The translations under genes and the position numbers were made by a program. The notes below the pieces were generated by a model, which worked only from the letters and a program-made list of their open reading frames with translations, did not search any database and was not told where the DNA came from. A stretch of DNA of 64,000 nt from Octopus vulgaris (taxonomy: Eukaryota): NCBI GenBank assembly GCA_951406725.2, contig OX597817.1, positions 10,106,001-10,170,000 of the forward strand. The letters are read 5' to 3'. Position 1 is the first letter of the stretch. Each line of letters begins with the position of its first letter. This document shows, piece by piece, positions 39,858 to 52,650 of this stretch.

Positions 39858-41284
39858 TATTATTTACAAACATATTCACATATACCTATACAAGAGCGCA
39901 CAATACACACGAATGTAATGCAACACACACTTATACAAGCTCACAAATACACAGACAAGCATACGAGTGCGTGTGCTTGTATGCAGTGGTATACTTTTAG
40001 CTTTTTATGTTCTACTAGTTTCCCTCATTGTAATGTTTAGTGCACTGCCTTCAGAAGTCCATCATACAGATCCCAGAACTTATTACAGTCTTATACTTAT
40101 TCAATTGTTCTCTATTGATCGATTGGAAAACTTTAGCTTTGATCTGAAAGGCCACAGGTAAATGCAACATAATTAAATATACACACTCGTATGCATACAG
40201 ACGCACCCACACACTCACACAAAATCACATACACACAAACTCATATATATAGACATATGTCTGTGTGTTTATCTGTGTGTGTATGTGTGTGTGCGTGTAA
40301 TTAATAAGGGTGGCTAATTCGCAATTTTACAACCTTGAAACAGAAATATATACGTCACTAAAGTGAACAAGGGTACTAATCAGCACCAGTATTGCTAGGA
40401 ACAACCCAATAGCCACATACACGCACACACACAAACATATATATATATATATAAGGATGAAAAGGAACACACGAGTCGATATATATGAAAAAATAAGTCA
40501 AAATAGAAAATGCTAAAATAATTTTATAAAGAACATTTCAGTCATTTTGAGACCTTTTCAACTGTAACGATTAAATAATTAAAGTTAGAAAAATTAAAAG
40601 AAATGTTTTTTTAAAGGAATATTTGTATAGTGTTGAAATATAAGTGGCATTCTGCCTTTCTCTGTCTCTCTTGTTTGCACTTGTGTGTTCGAGGTCACAC
40701 ACACACATATATATATATACACATACATAACGGTACGTCTACAAGATTCCGCTCACAAAGCGTTTGTCAACACGGCTATACAGTCATAGACAATTGCACA
40801 AGGGAGCGATACTTGTATATGCTTATATATTATAATGTATATATGCCTTATGTCGAAAATAGAATAAAGACAAAAGAAGTCGTGTGATAAGGGACAAGCT
40901 ATTGATCTCTTCCTTTCGAAAACTTCGGTAAAATTGAAATCGTTTTCTTTGAAAAGAGCAATTCCTTCGATAACATCTGCTTTGGACAAGGAAGTTAACG
41001 AGGAAACGTCAGCTTATAAGTCCACCTTCTGACCATGTGATACATTGTCTCGACGTTGGAGACAATTATATTCCCATCTTACACTTCATTTAATCGTTTA
41101 GCATGTCAACTTTTAACTATAAAGAATTCCATACAAACGAGACTACAACAGATTTGTGTTCCAAATTGTCCATATTGTCTTTATCTGTATACTACTAAAC
41201 ACAATTTAATTCAAGGACGCTAGTCCTGAATATATATGGCTAAATATATGTGTGTGTGGGGGTATGTATATATGTATGTATGTA

Positions 41285-41330
<46 letters not shown>

Positions 41331-42257
41331 CATGTACATAGATTTTTATTATATATATATGTGTCTGTGTAACAATGTGTATCCGGTGTGGATTATATGT
41401 ATGTCTGTACGCAGATAGACAGATAGATAGACAGACAAAGATTATAATGTGGCCTTGTATATTGTATCAGTTTTAATATGCATTTTCATAGTTTGTACAT
41501 GTATTTTGTACTCTGAGATTTTAAAGATAAAGCTTAGGTACATTTGGCGCTCGTACCAAACTATATACGATGTAAAATTGACATACAACACGACTTGTGC
41601 GCCTTTCTATAGTAGCCTTTTCAAAATTTGCACGTGTGAGTGTGTGTGCGTGTGTGTGTGTGTGCTGTTTGTATATAATTATGTATCAACTTTTTCAAAA
41701 TTTCAATTATTTTTTTAATGAATTATATTTGGGATATTTGATAAAGGAATACTTACTGTAATGTGGTGAAACCATGGTTTAAATGAAGACTTTTTGTTTG
41801 AATAACACAATGTGAAAGCATTTCAAAAATTAAAGACTACAGAAGAAAAAAAAAGAAATTTCAACTAGAAAAGTAATAATTAGCGTTTTGCTGGTTTGTT
41901 GTCTGTTAATTATTAATGTTTAATTTAATTTCCTAATTTCATAATTGTTACTTCTAAGTCACAAACGCTAAAACCTATTTTTTCATTATAAATTCATTAC
42001 TTACTGTTGCAGATGTTTCCTTTGTCTATGAAGACATTCTCAAATATTATATAGAATTAACATTTGCTCAGGAGAGAATATTTCTCATGTAAATGATTAA
42101 CAGATCTTTTCTTTGTTTCACATAATAGTACATTTCGTGTGTGTGTGCGTGTGTGTTTTTCTATGTGTTTGACTTCTACCCCCCCCCCCCCTCGTATCTC
42201 TATATCTTTTTCTGTCAATCTTACCCGTTTTATGTGTGAGTGTCTATTAGTATCATT

Positions 42258-42380
42258 GTTAAATTCGGCTGAGGTCGACTTTACCTTTTATCCTTTCAGT
42301 GTCGATAAATTAAGTACCGAGGAAACTATAGAAAGTACCCCACCCAACAAATTTCAGGCCCTTTAGTAGAAAAGATCATT
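42258..42380 (+). mobile_element. SINE B 3' fragment ending in (TTA)n
   Basis: gaggtcgactttaccttttatcctttc..tgtcgataaattaagtacc...aaatttcaggcc. Confidence 0.75.
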
Positions 42381-42404
42381 ATTATTATTATTATTATTAT
42401 TATT

Positions 42405-42946
42405 GAATGAGAGAGCAGTGTATGCCATCAAAGTGACACCGTGATAAAATATACAAAGTCCAGTATACCCATCATGACTACCCATCTAATAAGGGTACAT
42501 CAGGCACATGCATTACATTCATATGTGCGCGACATGGTGATCTCATATCAAGATAATCAGCACATGACCTTGCAAGTGGGGCCCAGTTAGAATTTTCGTC
42601 AGGTCGAGTAGCCCATCCCGCTCAATAGGTCCCTGCATAAGGGTTGTTTAAGAATGCTGAACGAAACACCCATGTTTCCAGAGGTGGTGGGGATCCAAAT
42701 CCCAAAGAATCCTTCTCAACACATGGCTATGATGCTCCCCCACTACTTCTGCTCATGATCAGAGATGCACATATCGTCAGCCACTAAGGGACATGCTCAA
42801 CTGGTTAAGGTCAAACAACTGACAGGCAAATCTGTGGTATTGAGCAGAATATTTGTTGTAGCCCATCTTGTATAGCAAGACAAAACAATGTACATGATAA
42901 CACTTCCAGTCAGTTGAGAGCCACTTCCTGGTACTGCATCAGGGCA
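42405..42946 (-). mobile_element. Family E element, apparently complete, between (AAC)n and (AAT)n
   Basis: Second copy of 20596-21103. Confidence 0.8.
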
Positions 42947-42981
42947 GTTGTTGTTGTTGTTGCTGCTGCTGCTGCTGCTGC

Positions 42982-43019
<38 letters not shown>

Positions 43020-43029
43020 GTGTGTGTGG

Positions 43030-43790
43030 TTGACTTTTGCTTTGTATCTGTAAAGTTGACTACAAGTCTCACCCAGAGACGTCAAGAGACAAGTTAGAAG
43101 TTCAAGTTGGTGCTATGCCTGGGATGTTATATATTTGGTTTTGCATATAGTATTGTTCAAGAGAATGTTTAAGAAACATAAGAAAATTATAAGTTTGTTT
43201 TAAAATTTGAGATTACATTGACAGTATTTTACGTACGATATGGGCAGTTTCCATGAGCACTAACTTTTGAATTTCTGTAATTTTTGGGTTTTCTGGTATT
43301 GGAGCTAGGTAGGAATCAGCCCCTTTTGCTATCATTCCGAGGGCACCTATGACAACAGGTATTGTTTTAGTCTTGAGATTCCATATTTTGCCAATTTCTA
43401 TTTCAAGTTCTTTATACTTGCTCAGTTTTTGGTAGGTCTCGACAGATACATTTATGTCAACTGGACAGTCATATCAATGAGGAGGTATGATTTTTATCTG
43501 AAGTCTCTCAATATAGTGTCTGGTCTATTCGCATCTATCTCTCTGTCAGTTTGAGCGGTGAAGTTCCAGAGAAGTAAGATGTGATCCTTTTCAAGCACTG
43601 AGGGTATTTTGTGTTCCCACCAGTTTTTAACATAAGGCAGGTCCAGGTTTTTGCAAATTACCCGGTGAATATATTGTGCTGCTCTATCATGCTTGTTGAG
43701 ATACTCTGTAGGCGCAAGAAAACTGCAAATGGAGATAGCACGATCGATAGTTTCATTTTGTTGTTTACATACACATGTTGGGCTATTGTT
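43030..43790 (-). mobile_element. R4/Dong-type LINE 3' end (zinc knuckle, RLE domain, 3' UTR)
   Basis: CVCKQQNETIDRAISIC (decayed CCHC), KHDRAAQYIH, ANRPD, LLIDMT, KLSKYKELEIEI, IPVVIGALG, ETAHIVRKILSM*. Confidence 0.88.
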
Positions 43791-44123
43791 ATATGCACAG
43801 ACAATGTACAGATTCTGATAGGCGAATGGATTGTTTAGTTTGAAGCAATTGTATATCATCAAAAGTTATTAAGTGGGACGTAAAGTGAAATAAGTGTAAA
43901 ACTCTCCTTTAGTCTATAAAAATATGAACAACAACGGGAATTGAGAACTTCAGTCTAAATAAGTGTTCCAACGAGGAATTCATAAGCTGGTACTTTTCCT
44001 CAGAAAATTGTTTCAAAGAAATTTACTTCGCTTCACAGAAATTTACACGAGAAAACACACCACCTGTACGCTTATATCCACGCAACTCATGCACGGGTAC
44101 CGTGTGGTAAATATCTTCTGTAG

Positions 44124-44163
<40 letters not shown>

Positions 44164-44548
44164 GGAGCCAAGAAGTGATTTTATCTAAATTTCAATACAC
44201 TAATAGAAATAATAGGCAAAACACCTGCGTGTTACACTTCACAGTATATGTGTGTGTATGTGTGTTCTGTCCTTACCTTCGAAAAACACTTTGAGTCGAA
44301 CCAGGGACAGCTGATGAAGGAGAATTTTCCTTGTATTGTTTGTCCTGTACTCTGTTTTTTTCGTCGTTTAAAAAAAGTCCGTTTCCTTGTTTGATTTTAT
44401 GTTCTCGTCTCTCGTTGTGTTCTACGTTTATTTGTGGTGTCCTGTACTCATATATATATATATGTATGCATGTATATATACATGTAGATGTAAGTATGTA
44501 TATATATGTATGTATATATGCATATATTTTATTTATTTATTACATTAC

Positions 44549-44598
<50 letters not shown>

Positions 44599-44599
<1 letters not shown>

Positions 44600-45156
44600 A
44601 GGGTACGATACATAAATTGTCGTCTAAATTACGCAAAAATGAAAAGAGCACTGACATCTCATTTTAACAGATGTATTTATCAAAATAACATAAATATATC
44701 TTGAAAAACTAACGCCTAAATTTATTCAATAAAATCGCCATTGTCTTCAACCACAGCCTCAAGATGACTTCGGAATCTCCAGCAACTCTTCTGGACGATC
44801 TCCTTGTCTTAGATGATGAATGCTACCATAATCCTTGTCTTCGGTTCATCTTTGGTGTCTCTCGCATAATAATCAAGGCGTTTGCCGTCTAGAGAGCTAG
44901 GTGACCAGATGTTAGGGGCGATGTGGTCGTAGAGATTGTCTGACAGCCATGACTGGGCTCTCCTGCTAGTGTAGCATAGTGCAGTCTTGTTGCCAGACAT
45001 AGGATCTTCCAGCAGCCACTCTCTTGACCCAGGGCAGCACTACTTCCTCCAGGCACTTGATGTGGGCCTCCGTGTTGAGTGTGAGGCCCTGTCGGAAGAT
45101 ATATAGGGGCATAACTTCGCCATCACTAGTGATCAATCGAAACACCATGATGTTGA
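44599..45156 (-). mobile_element. maT-type (DD37D) Tc1/mariner 3' fragment with one TIR
   Basis: YVWQQD + 37 residues (across a frameshift) + D in WSPSSLDGKRLDYY; C-terminus RFRSHLEAVVEDNGDFIE*; TA|cagggt end. Confidence 0.8.
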
Positions 45157-45649
45157 CACACATATATACACATATATACACTCACGCACACATCTGTTGA
45201 AATGTAACACATAGGGTAGATTGTTGCTACATACATACGCAAGCTGTAAGCAAACAAAGAAACAAATACTTATATGTATACAACAAGGCGCATTAAAACG
45301 CATACACTCACGCAAACAAATATTCAATATTAGTATTTTGTATACACACACAAAACAAAATGTTTCTTAAAATTAACTCAGTCAGTAGAAGCAAAAACAG
45401 ATGTGTACGTACACTTCTTGCTTTATAATGACACTTAATGAAGGTAGAAAAATGACTAACTTCATTACAGCTGTATTTAATACGGTTTGACTGACGGTTC
45501 GTCGAATTAACAGGTTTGGGATTTAATATATATATATTGAAATTGAGGAGTGTTGTACCTGTCTAACGTTTAAATAGTAACAATTCATTGACTTATACAC
45601 AGAAACCCATGCAATAATTTAGCATGACTACAATCGTTTCTGGGGCAGG

Positions 45650-45846
45650 CGCAAGGCCTGGAATTTAGGAAAAGGGGATTGTGGATTATATCGACCTCAG
45701 TACTCAACCGATATTTTATCGACTCCGAATGAATGAAAAGTAAATTCGCCTTCAGCTGAATTTTCACTCAGAACGTTCTGAGCTAGGGAAAAATGCGGCT
45801 AACCATTTTGCTCGACGCGCTAACAATTCTGCCAGCTCGCCACCTT
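45650..45846 (-). mobile_element. SINE family B
   Basis: ctcagaacgt...gctaacaattctgccagctcgcc. Confidence 0.8.
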
Positions 45847-47439
45847 TAGCATGTGTTGAATGATGTAAATGTCATCTGCTAGTCATTTACTTGGTAGTCA
45901 AAATAAGACTAGTAAATGCGGAAGGTTGCGAGCTGGCAGGGTATTCAGCAGTATGTTTGTGGCAAGTATGGCTTTTCTGGTTTAAAAAAAATTTGTCGTC
46001 CATAGGATGGAGCCTGGGAAAACCTTGGACTCCAGCGTAGATAAAACAAGACATCTCCATTGAAGTTTAAACGCCATCGACTACATTTCCATGTATGTAA
46101 GAATATATGGATGTATATATATGATTTTGTGCATGTGTGAATAAAAAAGACAGTGAGAGAAAGTGTGTGCGTGTGTGTGTGTGACTATGTGTGAGTATTA
46201 TTGTATGCGTGTATTTATGGTTTGCCTCGTGGTCAAATAGGAGACTAATTTAAAAAATAAATTTGTCAATATTTACAATGTCACTCATATTGACGCATAC
46301 ACACGTACATGCATACATACATACATACATATACACAGGCACGCGCTCACTTAGGCGCATGCGCACACACATATTCAAACACACAAAACTACAAGTACTC
46401 ACACAGAAAGAAATAGGATATCGTAGCATGGCAATTTGAAACAAAGTTATATTTTAAATTTAGCTCTTTCATTCGGCCCACTTTAAAGACGTACTGTGAG
46501 AAGATATGATATCACACAGTTCTGGAAGCATTCTGTTGCTATAGTCCTTTTAGAAAATAAACTAGTTTTTTTTTTTTTCTCTTAAATATTACGTCAAGAA
46601 TCTCTTCAATTGACGTTTATCAAATGAAGCAATACTGAATTACAATTATTGAATTTCTTACGTAAATAGAAGACGAAATGCTCATAGAAATAATATGTGC
46701 CACTTCGGTTTCCATGCCTTTATCGGTTTTGTCAGCAACGAAAATTGTGTCACCTCGAGTAAAATTGAAAACAAAATTATAATAAAATTTATAAATCTTT
46801 TTTTAAAAAATGAATATAATTTTAATAATCTTTTTGTCATGGAAATTACCATTTTTCTCAGAGAATAATGCAATTACGCTTGAAAGGCGAATCCCACTAA
46901 TCTGGCTTGGAGAAAAAAATTTGCTTACTTTACGTTATTATTCTTCACACGTGGCCATTCAAGTGACTAAAAACACCGCTGTGACGTTGGAATTGACGTT
47001 AGCGTCACTTTTTTTTGTATCTGTTGCTTAGCATTTACAAGAGGTTTTCTTCTGTAACAGAAATAACCCTTTTAATGTTGCATACAATAAAAAGCAATGT
47101 CTATCGAATCGGTCACACTAGGGAAAGAAAGGTAAAGCACTAAAGGAAGTGAAAGTGAAAGTAGATGACAGTCATGGAGTGTGAGTAGGCGGCAGTTACG
47201 GATACTAAAGCAGGCGAACAGCATTCAAAGGCTTTGCTCTGAAGCCGCTGATATTTTAGGGTTAGGGTTAGAGTTTTTTCTTTATCAGTTTCACATACAC
47301 ACACACAAATATATACATATATATATATGAAATTAAATATTAAACACTTTTGATTTCAAAATATTATCGTTCACAAAACATATATATATAAAGTTATCTG
47401 AACGATAATTTAAACATATGTGTTTGTGTATTTTTTTTG

Positions 47440-47791
47440 TTACTTGTTTCAGTCATTTGACTGCGGCCATGCTGGAGCACCGCCTTTTGTCGAGCAAATC
47501 GACCCCGGGACTTATTCTTTGTAAGCCCAGTACTTATTCTATCGGTCTCTTTTGCCGAACCGCTAAGTGACGGGGACGTAAACACACCAGCATCGGTTGT
47601 CAAGCAATGCTAGGGGGACAAACACAGACACACAAACATATACACACACACATATATATATATACATATATATGACAGGCTTCTTTCAGTTTCCGTCTAC
47701 CAAATCCACTCACAAGGCATTGGTCAGTGGGACTGAACCCGGAACCATGTGTTTGGTTAGCAAGCTACTTACCACACAGTCACTCCTGCGT
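47440..47791 (-). mobile_element. SINE family A with an internal deletion
   Basis: ggcattggtc joined directly to agtgggactgaaccc. Confidence 0.9.
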
Positions 47792-47866
47792 CTATGTATA
47801 CTTTCATTTTTTTTTCTTTTGTGTTAGTCCATTTTACCCGTCCGCAGATTGAAAAAATTATGAACG

Positions 47867-47909
47867 ACCTTAATCGATTTTTGAACCTTATTGGGTTCTA
47901 ATCAAAGGC
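47867..47909 (-). ncRNA. Degenerate minimal hammerhead
   Basis: gcct-TTGATTA-gaacc caataa ggttc-AAAA-atcgat-TA-aggt; core mutated, stems intact. Confidence 0.5.
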
Positions 47910-48097
47910 GTCTTCATCATTCTGGCAGTCTCAAGGGAAACGAGCAGCCAATCTGTATATATACTCAACAAATGCAGCAGTTACTCTATGAAGGAGTCCC
48001 TAATTTGCATATCGAAAGTCTTTAACACAGTATAAATACTAGCGGTCTGTCAACGGGAATCTTAGTGCACACAGCACCAAGGTATGATATAATATAT

Positions 48098-48290
48098 ATG
48101 TATTGGTATTGGCATCCTTTCTGTCTCGGGAGACAATGGAGTTGCGCATGAAGTAGTCTAGTCCGGCTTTTATATTTCATGTTTTGATACATTTCCTGCT
48201 GTGGCTGTGTAGTCCTATCCTGGACAAGCACTCCCTCTGGCAGGTACCGCAAATGTAGAGAAGACTGTTCCTGGCTGGTTGTAGTGCCAT
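48098..48290 (-). mobile_element. RTE-clade LINE 3' tip
   Basis: SRTRLLH resembles the terminal SRIGLxSH motif; tail gcgcaactccattgtctcccgagacagaaaggatgcc(aatacc)n. Confidence 0.55.
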
Positions 48291-48448
48291 AGTCTCTTGT
48301 TTACGTCTCTTCCTTTCTTTCCATTTCTCCTCTCTCTCTCTGTATATTTGGCCTCTTCATCCTGCTCCAAATATATATGTAACACATGGTATAATTATAA
48401 ACAGGGCAAACTTTATCCGGTTCCTTACAGACTGAAAAATAATGAACT

Positions 48449-48491
48449 ACCTTAACTGATTTTCGAACCCTATTAGGTTCTCATCATAGGC
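48449..48491 (-). ncRNA. Minimal hammerhead variant (A at core position 3)
   Basis: gcct-ATGATGA-gaacc taatag ggttc-GAAA-atcagt-TA-aggt. Confidence 0.6.
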
Positions 48492-49777
48492 GCCTGTATT
48501 TATTTATATGTATGTATACGTACATACATTATGTGGGCGATATTTTCAACCGAGATGTTACAATCGTATGTGATTCTGCAAGTGCTTCATTTCTGTATAT
48601 GAACTTCATTACTGACATGTATTAATGCTTTACTCCATTCTGCTGATGTGCCATTGTCTATCATTAATAAACTGTCGGTATTTTTGACGACACGGGTATG
48701 CTAGTTAAATTCGATGATAAGATAGCAAAGAAGCTGATTGGCAACAAAATGACGAAGAAAATGCCTTGTAGAATTTCGCAATGTTCCTTAAATGTTCTTT
48801 ATTCGATTCCCGCCTTAGTCAACTTAACTTTTCAACTCTTCCTTTTAATTCGTAAATTATCAGCGTAAATGCTGATAAATATGTGTCAAATATAGAAGTC
48901 AGTATTAGGATTGAATTGTAGTGGACTAGCAGGAGTGAATGTGATTCAGGATAAATGCATAGGAATGCTTGATATATTATTTCTTCATTCTTGAATCCCA
49001 TTGTGGATTCCCATTGTGTATGACACCATCTTTTATCTCTTTAATGGTCGATAAAAGAAATATTAGAACGGAAGGCGGTGCAGTGACAGTGCTGACTATT
49101 TCCCACTTCTGCAAATATTAGCATTGTGACTGGCTAAATGATATCAGCGTAATATTATACTGAATGTCTCCCTCAGGGAGCAACTTACGTCATAAAGAAC
49201 AAACATAATAGATACAGATATTCGATTTTTTTAATAAAAGATATGGTATACAAATACTGTCCATGGTTTATAAATACTGAAGTATGTACATATTTTGCTA
49301 TCTTCATTCTTAAATCTCAATCGTATAAATTTAATCGGGTAATTGTTCTCATAAAGTTCATAGAGAAAAATGTTATCCACGTCGTAGATAGAGTTTATGT
49401 GATAATTAATCTATATTTAAAAATGATGTAGCGAAATCTTTTAGTTGATGCTCGCTAGGTTTCGAAGATATCTAGTCAGCTTTAACTTTAAATCTAGAGT
49501 ATCATCAGTTTTAATGTTGCTTTCTATCAGACTTCTTTAAATGTCTGCTCTTTAAAAAAATCAATTTTCTTTTTAAATCTTATGACATTATGCCACAAAT
49601 TCTTACTGAGATATTTTGGCTGTAAACAAATGCAATTTATTTTTTAGTATGGAAGGAAATTGTATTTTTGATATTTATTTCATTCTCAGAGTTAAGAGTG
49701 GTGCATGGAGCAGACTTGCTTCAATTGCGAATCAAACTCCAGCCATGGACATAGCAATGTCAAAAACGTATATTTTT

Positions 49778-50013
49778 TCTTACTTGTTTATTGCCCACAA
49801 GGGGCTAAACATAGAGGGAACAAACAAGGACAGACAAACGGATTAAATCGATTATATCGACCCCAGTGCGTAACTGGTACTTAATTTATCGACCCCGAAA
49901 GGATGAAAGGCAAAGTCGACCCCGGCAGAATTTGAACTCAGAACGTAGCGGCAGACGAAATACCGCTAAGCATTTCGCCCGGCGTGCTAACGTTTCTGCC
50001 AGCTCGCCGCCTT
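49778..50013 (-). mobile_element. Full-length SINE B (B1 tail)
   Basis: Complete head to tail; TSD of about 10 bp GTATATTTTT at 49768 and 50014. Confidence 0.9.
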
Positions 50014-51544
50014 GTATATTTTTCTGTAAACTAGTTACAGACACAGTGTTACCTAATGCCCCTACGGCCCCAGTGTTGTAAAGATGCATTAGGTCGAAAG
50101 GGTACTAAAGAAAATTTCACTTTCATGTACATCTTAGGCACATCAGCCAATGACATAAACTATTAAATTACTTGGCAATTTTACAGTTATTCGACTGATG
50201 CTGGAGTGGGGATACAAGTTCATCCTACTCTGCAGCACGTATTGCATCGAATTGGATTGAGTCAACTAAGATTTAAGTGCTTTGGCCACGAACGCAACAT
50301 GATCCGTCCACCTCTCGGCTAGCCTTTTCACTCAGCAACTGGCCGCACTCGAATCAATCGATCGAATATTTCCCCTAGACATTCTCTAGTGCTGTAAAAA
50401 TAACCCCTTTAATAACAGTAAAAAAATTTATTTGAGCTTCATGGACTAGAAGAGTGTGTGACATATGGAGTCAGCTTTTGTCTCCTAAAAATATCTCAAA
50501 CTATACACTCATATAAAGAAAAAACTACTGTTTAATAGGGAGACCCCCACCTCGCTTCATGATTGTCATTCTTTCTTATTCGCGTGATGTTTCCATTCAA
50601 TACTTTTGTCCTATTATCAAAGAAATATATATTAAGTAATAAACTCTGTATAAATAAACAGAGTGTGTACCACCGCAGGAAAGAAAGCATTTATTGATGT
50701 AAGGCACAAATATAAAGTTATTTTTATAGTTGCCAATGTAATAAAGCTAGTCTCGAGCACTTTATTGGAACAAGATTTCTGCATTCTCACTACCAACAAC
50801 CATATTTCCATTTGAATGACTAGTTTATATCAAAAGTAGTCATTTCTTATATTATTTTCAATTAATAACAACTTATACATTAATGGCATTTCATTTGGAA
50901 CGGGACTCAATTATTGGAATCGCTTGCCAAAGAAAGACATTCATGTCGACCTCATCAATGATTATAGAAATGTGTTGCGTAAGTAATACAGCCGTTATAC
51001 CCATTAATCTCTATTTTTCATAAGTATAACGAGTGTCGTGTGCCAAAGGCTATGATTATTTAATCGTCAACCGTAACAATGCTACAAGCACCAGCGTCAT
51101 ACACACGCACATGCATACATACATACAAACATACATACATGTGTGAATGATAACTTAATTAATAAACTATGCATATACGGTCTGGGTTTTGCAACAATTT
51201 CTTTTACGCTCTTTCCATCATAAGTTGTCTGAAAGGTGGTTGATATTTAGACATAATACTCTAAACGTTACAATGGGAAGTTGTCTTCATAATCTTCAGG
51301 TATGGATTTGTCGTTTACGGTTGAGGCATTGCCATCTTACGGATAAAAATCGCTAAACGTGCGACTGCTTTATGCGATGGAGAAAGGTAACTTCGTCGAA
51401 TGACCCATCCAACAGACGAGATGCAGAGTATCAATAAAGATGCTACTTCTCTTCTTTTGTTACTCTTCCACTCTGCTTCAAAACTCCTTACGCCGATCAA
51501 GGTGAGTTCTCTATGTATTAATAATCAAAAGAGAGATTAAAGAG

Positions 51545-51710
51545 CGGAATTGGCAGAATCGTTAGCTCACACCGGCTAAAGTGCATAGCGGTATTTCGTC
51601 TGTCTTTACTCTGCGAGGTCAAATTCCGCCGAGATTGACTTCGCCTTCGTCCTTTCGGAGTTCGATAAAATAAGTACCAGTTGCTGGCCTTGTGCCAAAA
51701 TTGAAACCAC
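51545..51710 (+). mobile_element. SINE family B
   Basis: tggcagaatcgttagc...caaattccgccgag...gataaaataagtaccag. Confidence 0.8.
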
Positions 51711-52116
51711 TGTTTTTCACTATATATATATATCTTATAGGCGTCGTGTGTGGGTGGCTGGGTGTGAGTGTCTGCGTGTGTTGCTCGCGCGTTTAAGATC
51801 ATTCTTTTAACGATTTAAAGCTGGAATTCGATGCAGATAATGCTATCATATAAAACTATTTGATTAAAAAAACGCTTGGATAGAAAAAAGTTCCATGCGA
51901 CATTTAGGGCAGCTGAGAGAGCATTCGCTATTCACTCCCTCAGCTGTAACCAAGAGGAAGGGTCAACTTGTATTAGGGTCTATTTATGTGAAAAATCCTA
52001 TTAAATTTTACTATTAATTCACCTGAAACAATAAAGAACACGTCTCGAACAGTTGTAGTAAACCTCAACTCATATGTGCCATTGTTTATTTATGTGTATA
52101 TGTGTGTGTGTGTATG

Positions 52117-52650
52117 TTCAGTTTTATTTCAGGATTTCTTGGCAATAGAGAAAGACCCGGTTTCTAACCTAGATTCAATGCTCCTTCATTGAAATTTCAG
52201 CATAACAACAGGGTATTTTTGTTTTATCTATGTATATGTGCAGATTTGTATGATTTACCTTATGCATGTATTCTCATACATATAGTTGCACATCTAGACA
52301 TGTTCATATATATTTAAATGATAAACTTCTGGAAAGTTTTACAGACTTTTACAGTTCTAGTGATGGATTGGATATGTAGTCTTCGAATTAGCTTTCTCCT
52401 TTCTGGTGTTGGGAAGCCTAATTTCTCAAGAATGTTATTTAGATAGTATTTTACATATCCCAGGGCCCCAATAATTACAGGTATAAACCTGAACTTGTAA
52501 TCTGGAAAGAGTAACTGCAGATTTCTCAATAGCTCAGCGTAGGTGTTCTCTTTTTCGTTGATCTTCAGGGGGAGGCTAAAGACATAAAAATTTTAAAAAT
52601 TACATCTGCTGGGCAGCTAATTTCAACAACTGCGCGTAGTTTATCTTGTA
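52117..52650 (-). mobile_element. RLE-type LINE 3' end (second lineage) embedded in (CATA)n/(CA)n
   Basis: VVEISCPADV...KINEKENTYAELLRNLQ...FIPVIIGALG...TVKVCKTF; stop at 52314; 3' UTR matches 13378-13490. Confidence 0.8.

Larger units (their letters stand above)
47845..48495 (-). mobile_element. Unit bounded by two diverged ~68-bp direct repeats, each carrying a hammerhead motif
   Basis: 47845-47912 resembles 48428-48495; hammerhead offset 582 nt. Confidence 0.65.

Noticed and set aside
44266-44345. Hammerhead around CTGATGA at 44311
   Set aside because: ctgtcc/ggacag and agga/tcct stems exist, but no GAAA follows stem II; at best a decayed remnant
47255-47271. Telomere or interstitial telomeric array
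   Set aside because: Only about 2.5 TTAGGG units
49450-49512. Minus-strand CTGATGA...GAAAC motif (similar CTGAAGA...GAAACTAG at 10955-11025)
   Set aside because: Core words are present but no convincing stem I, stem III or NUH site could be paired
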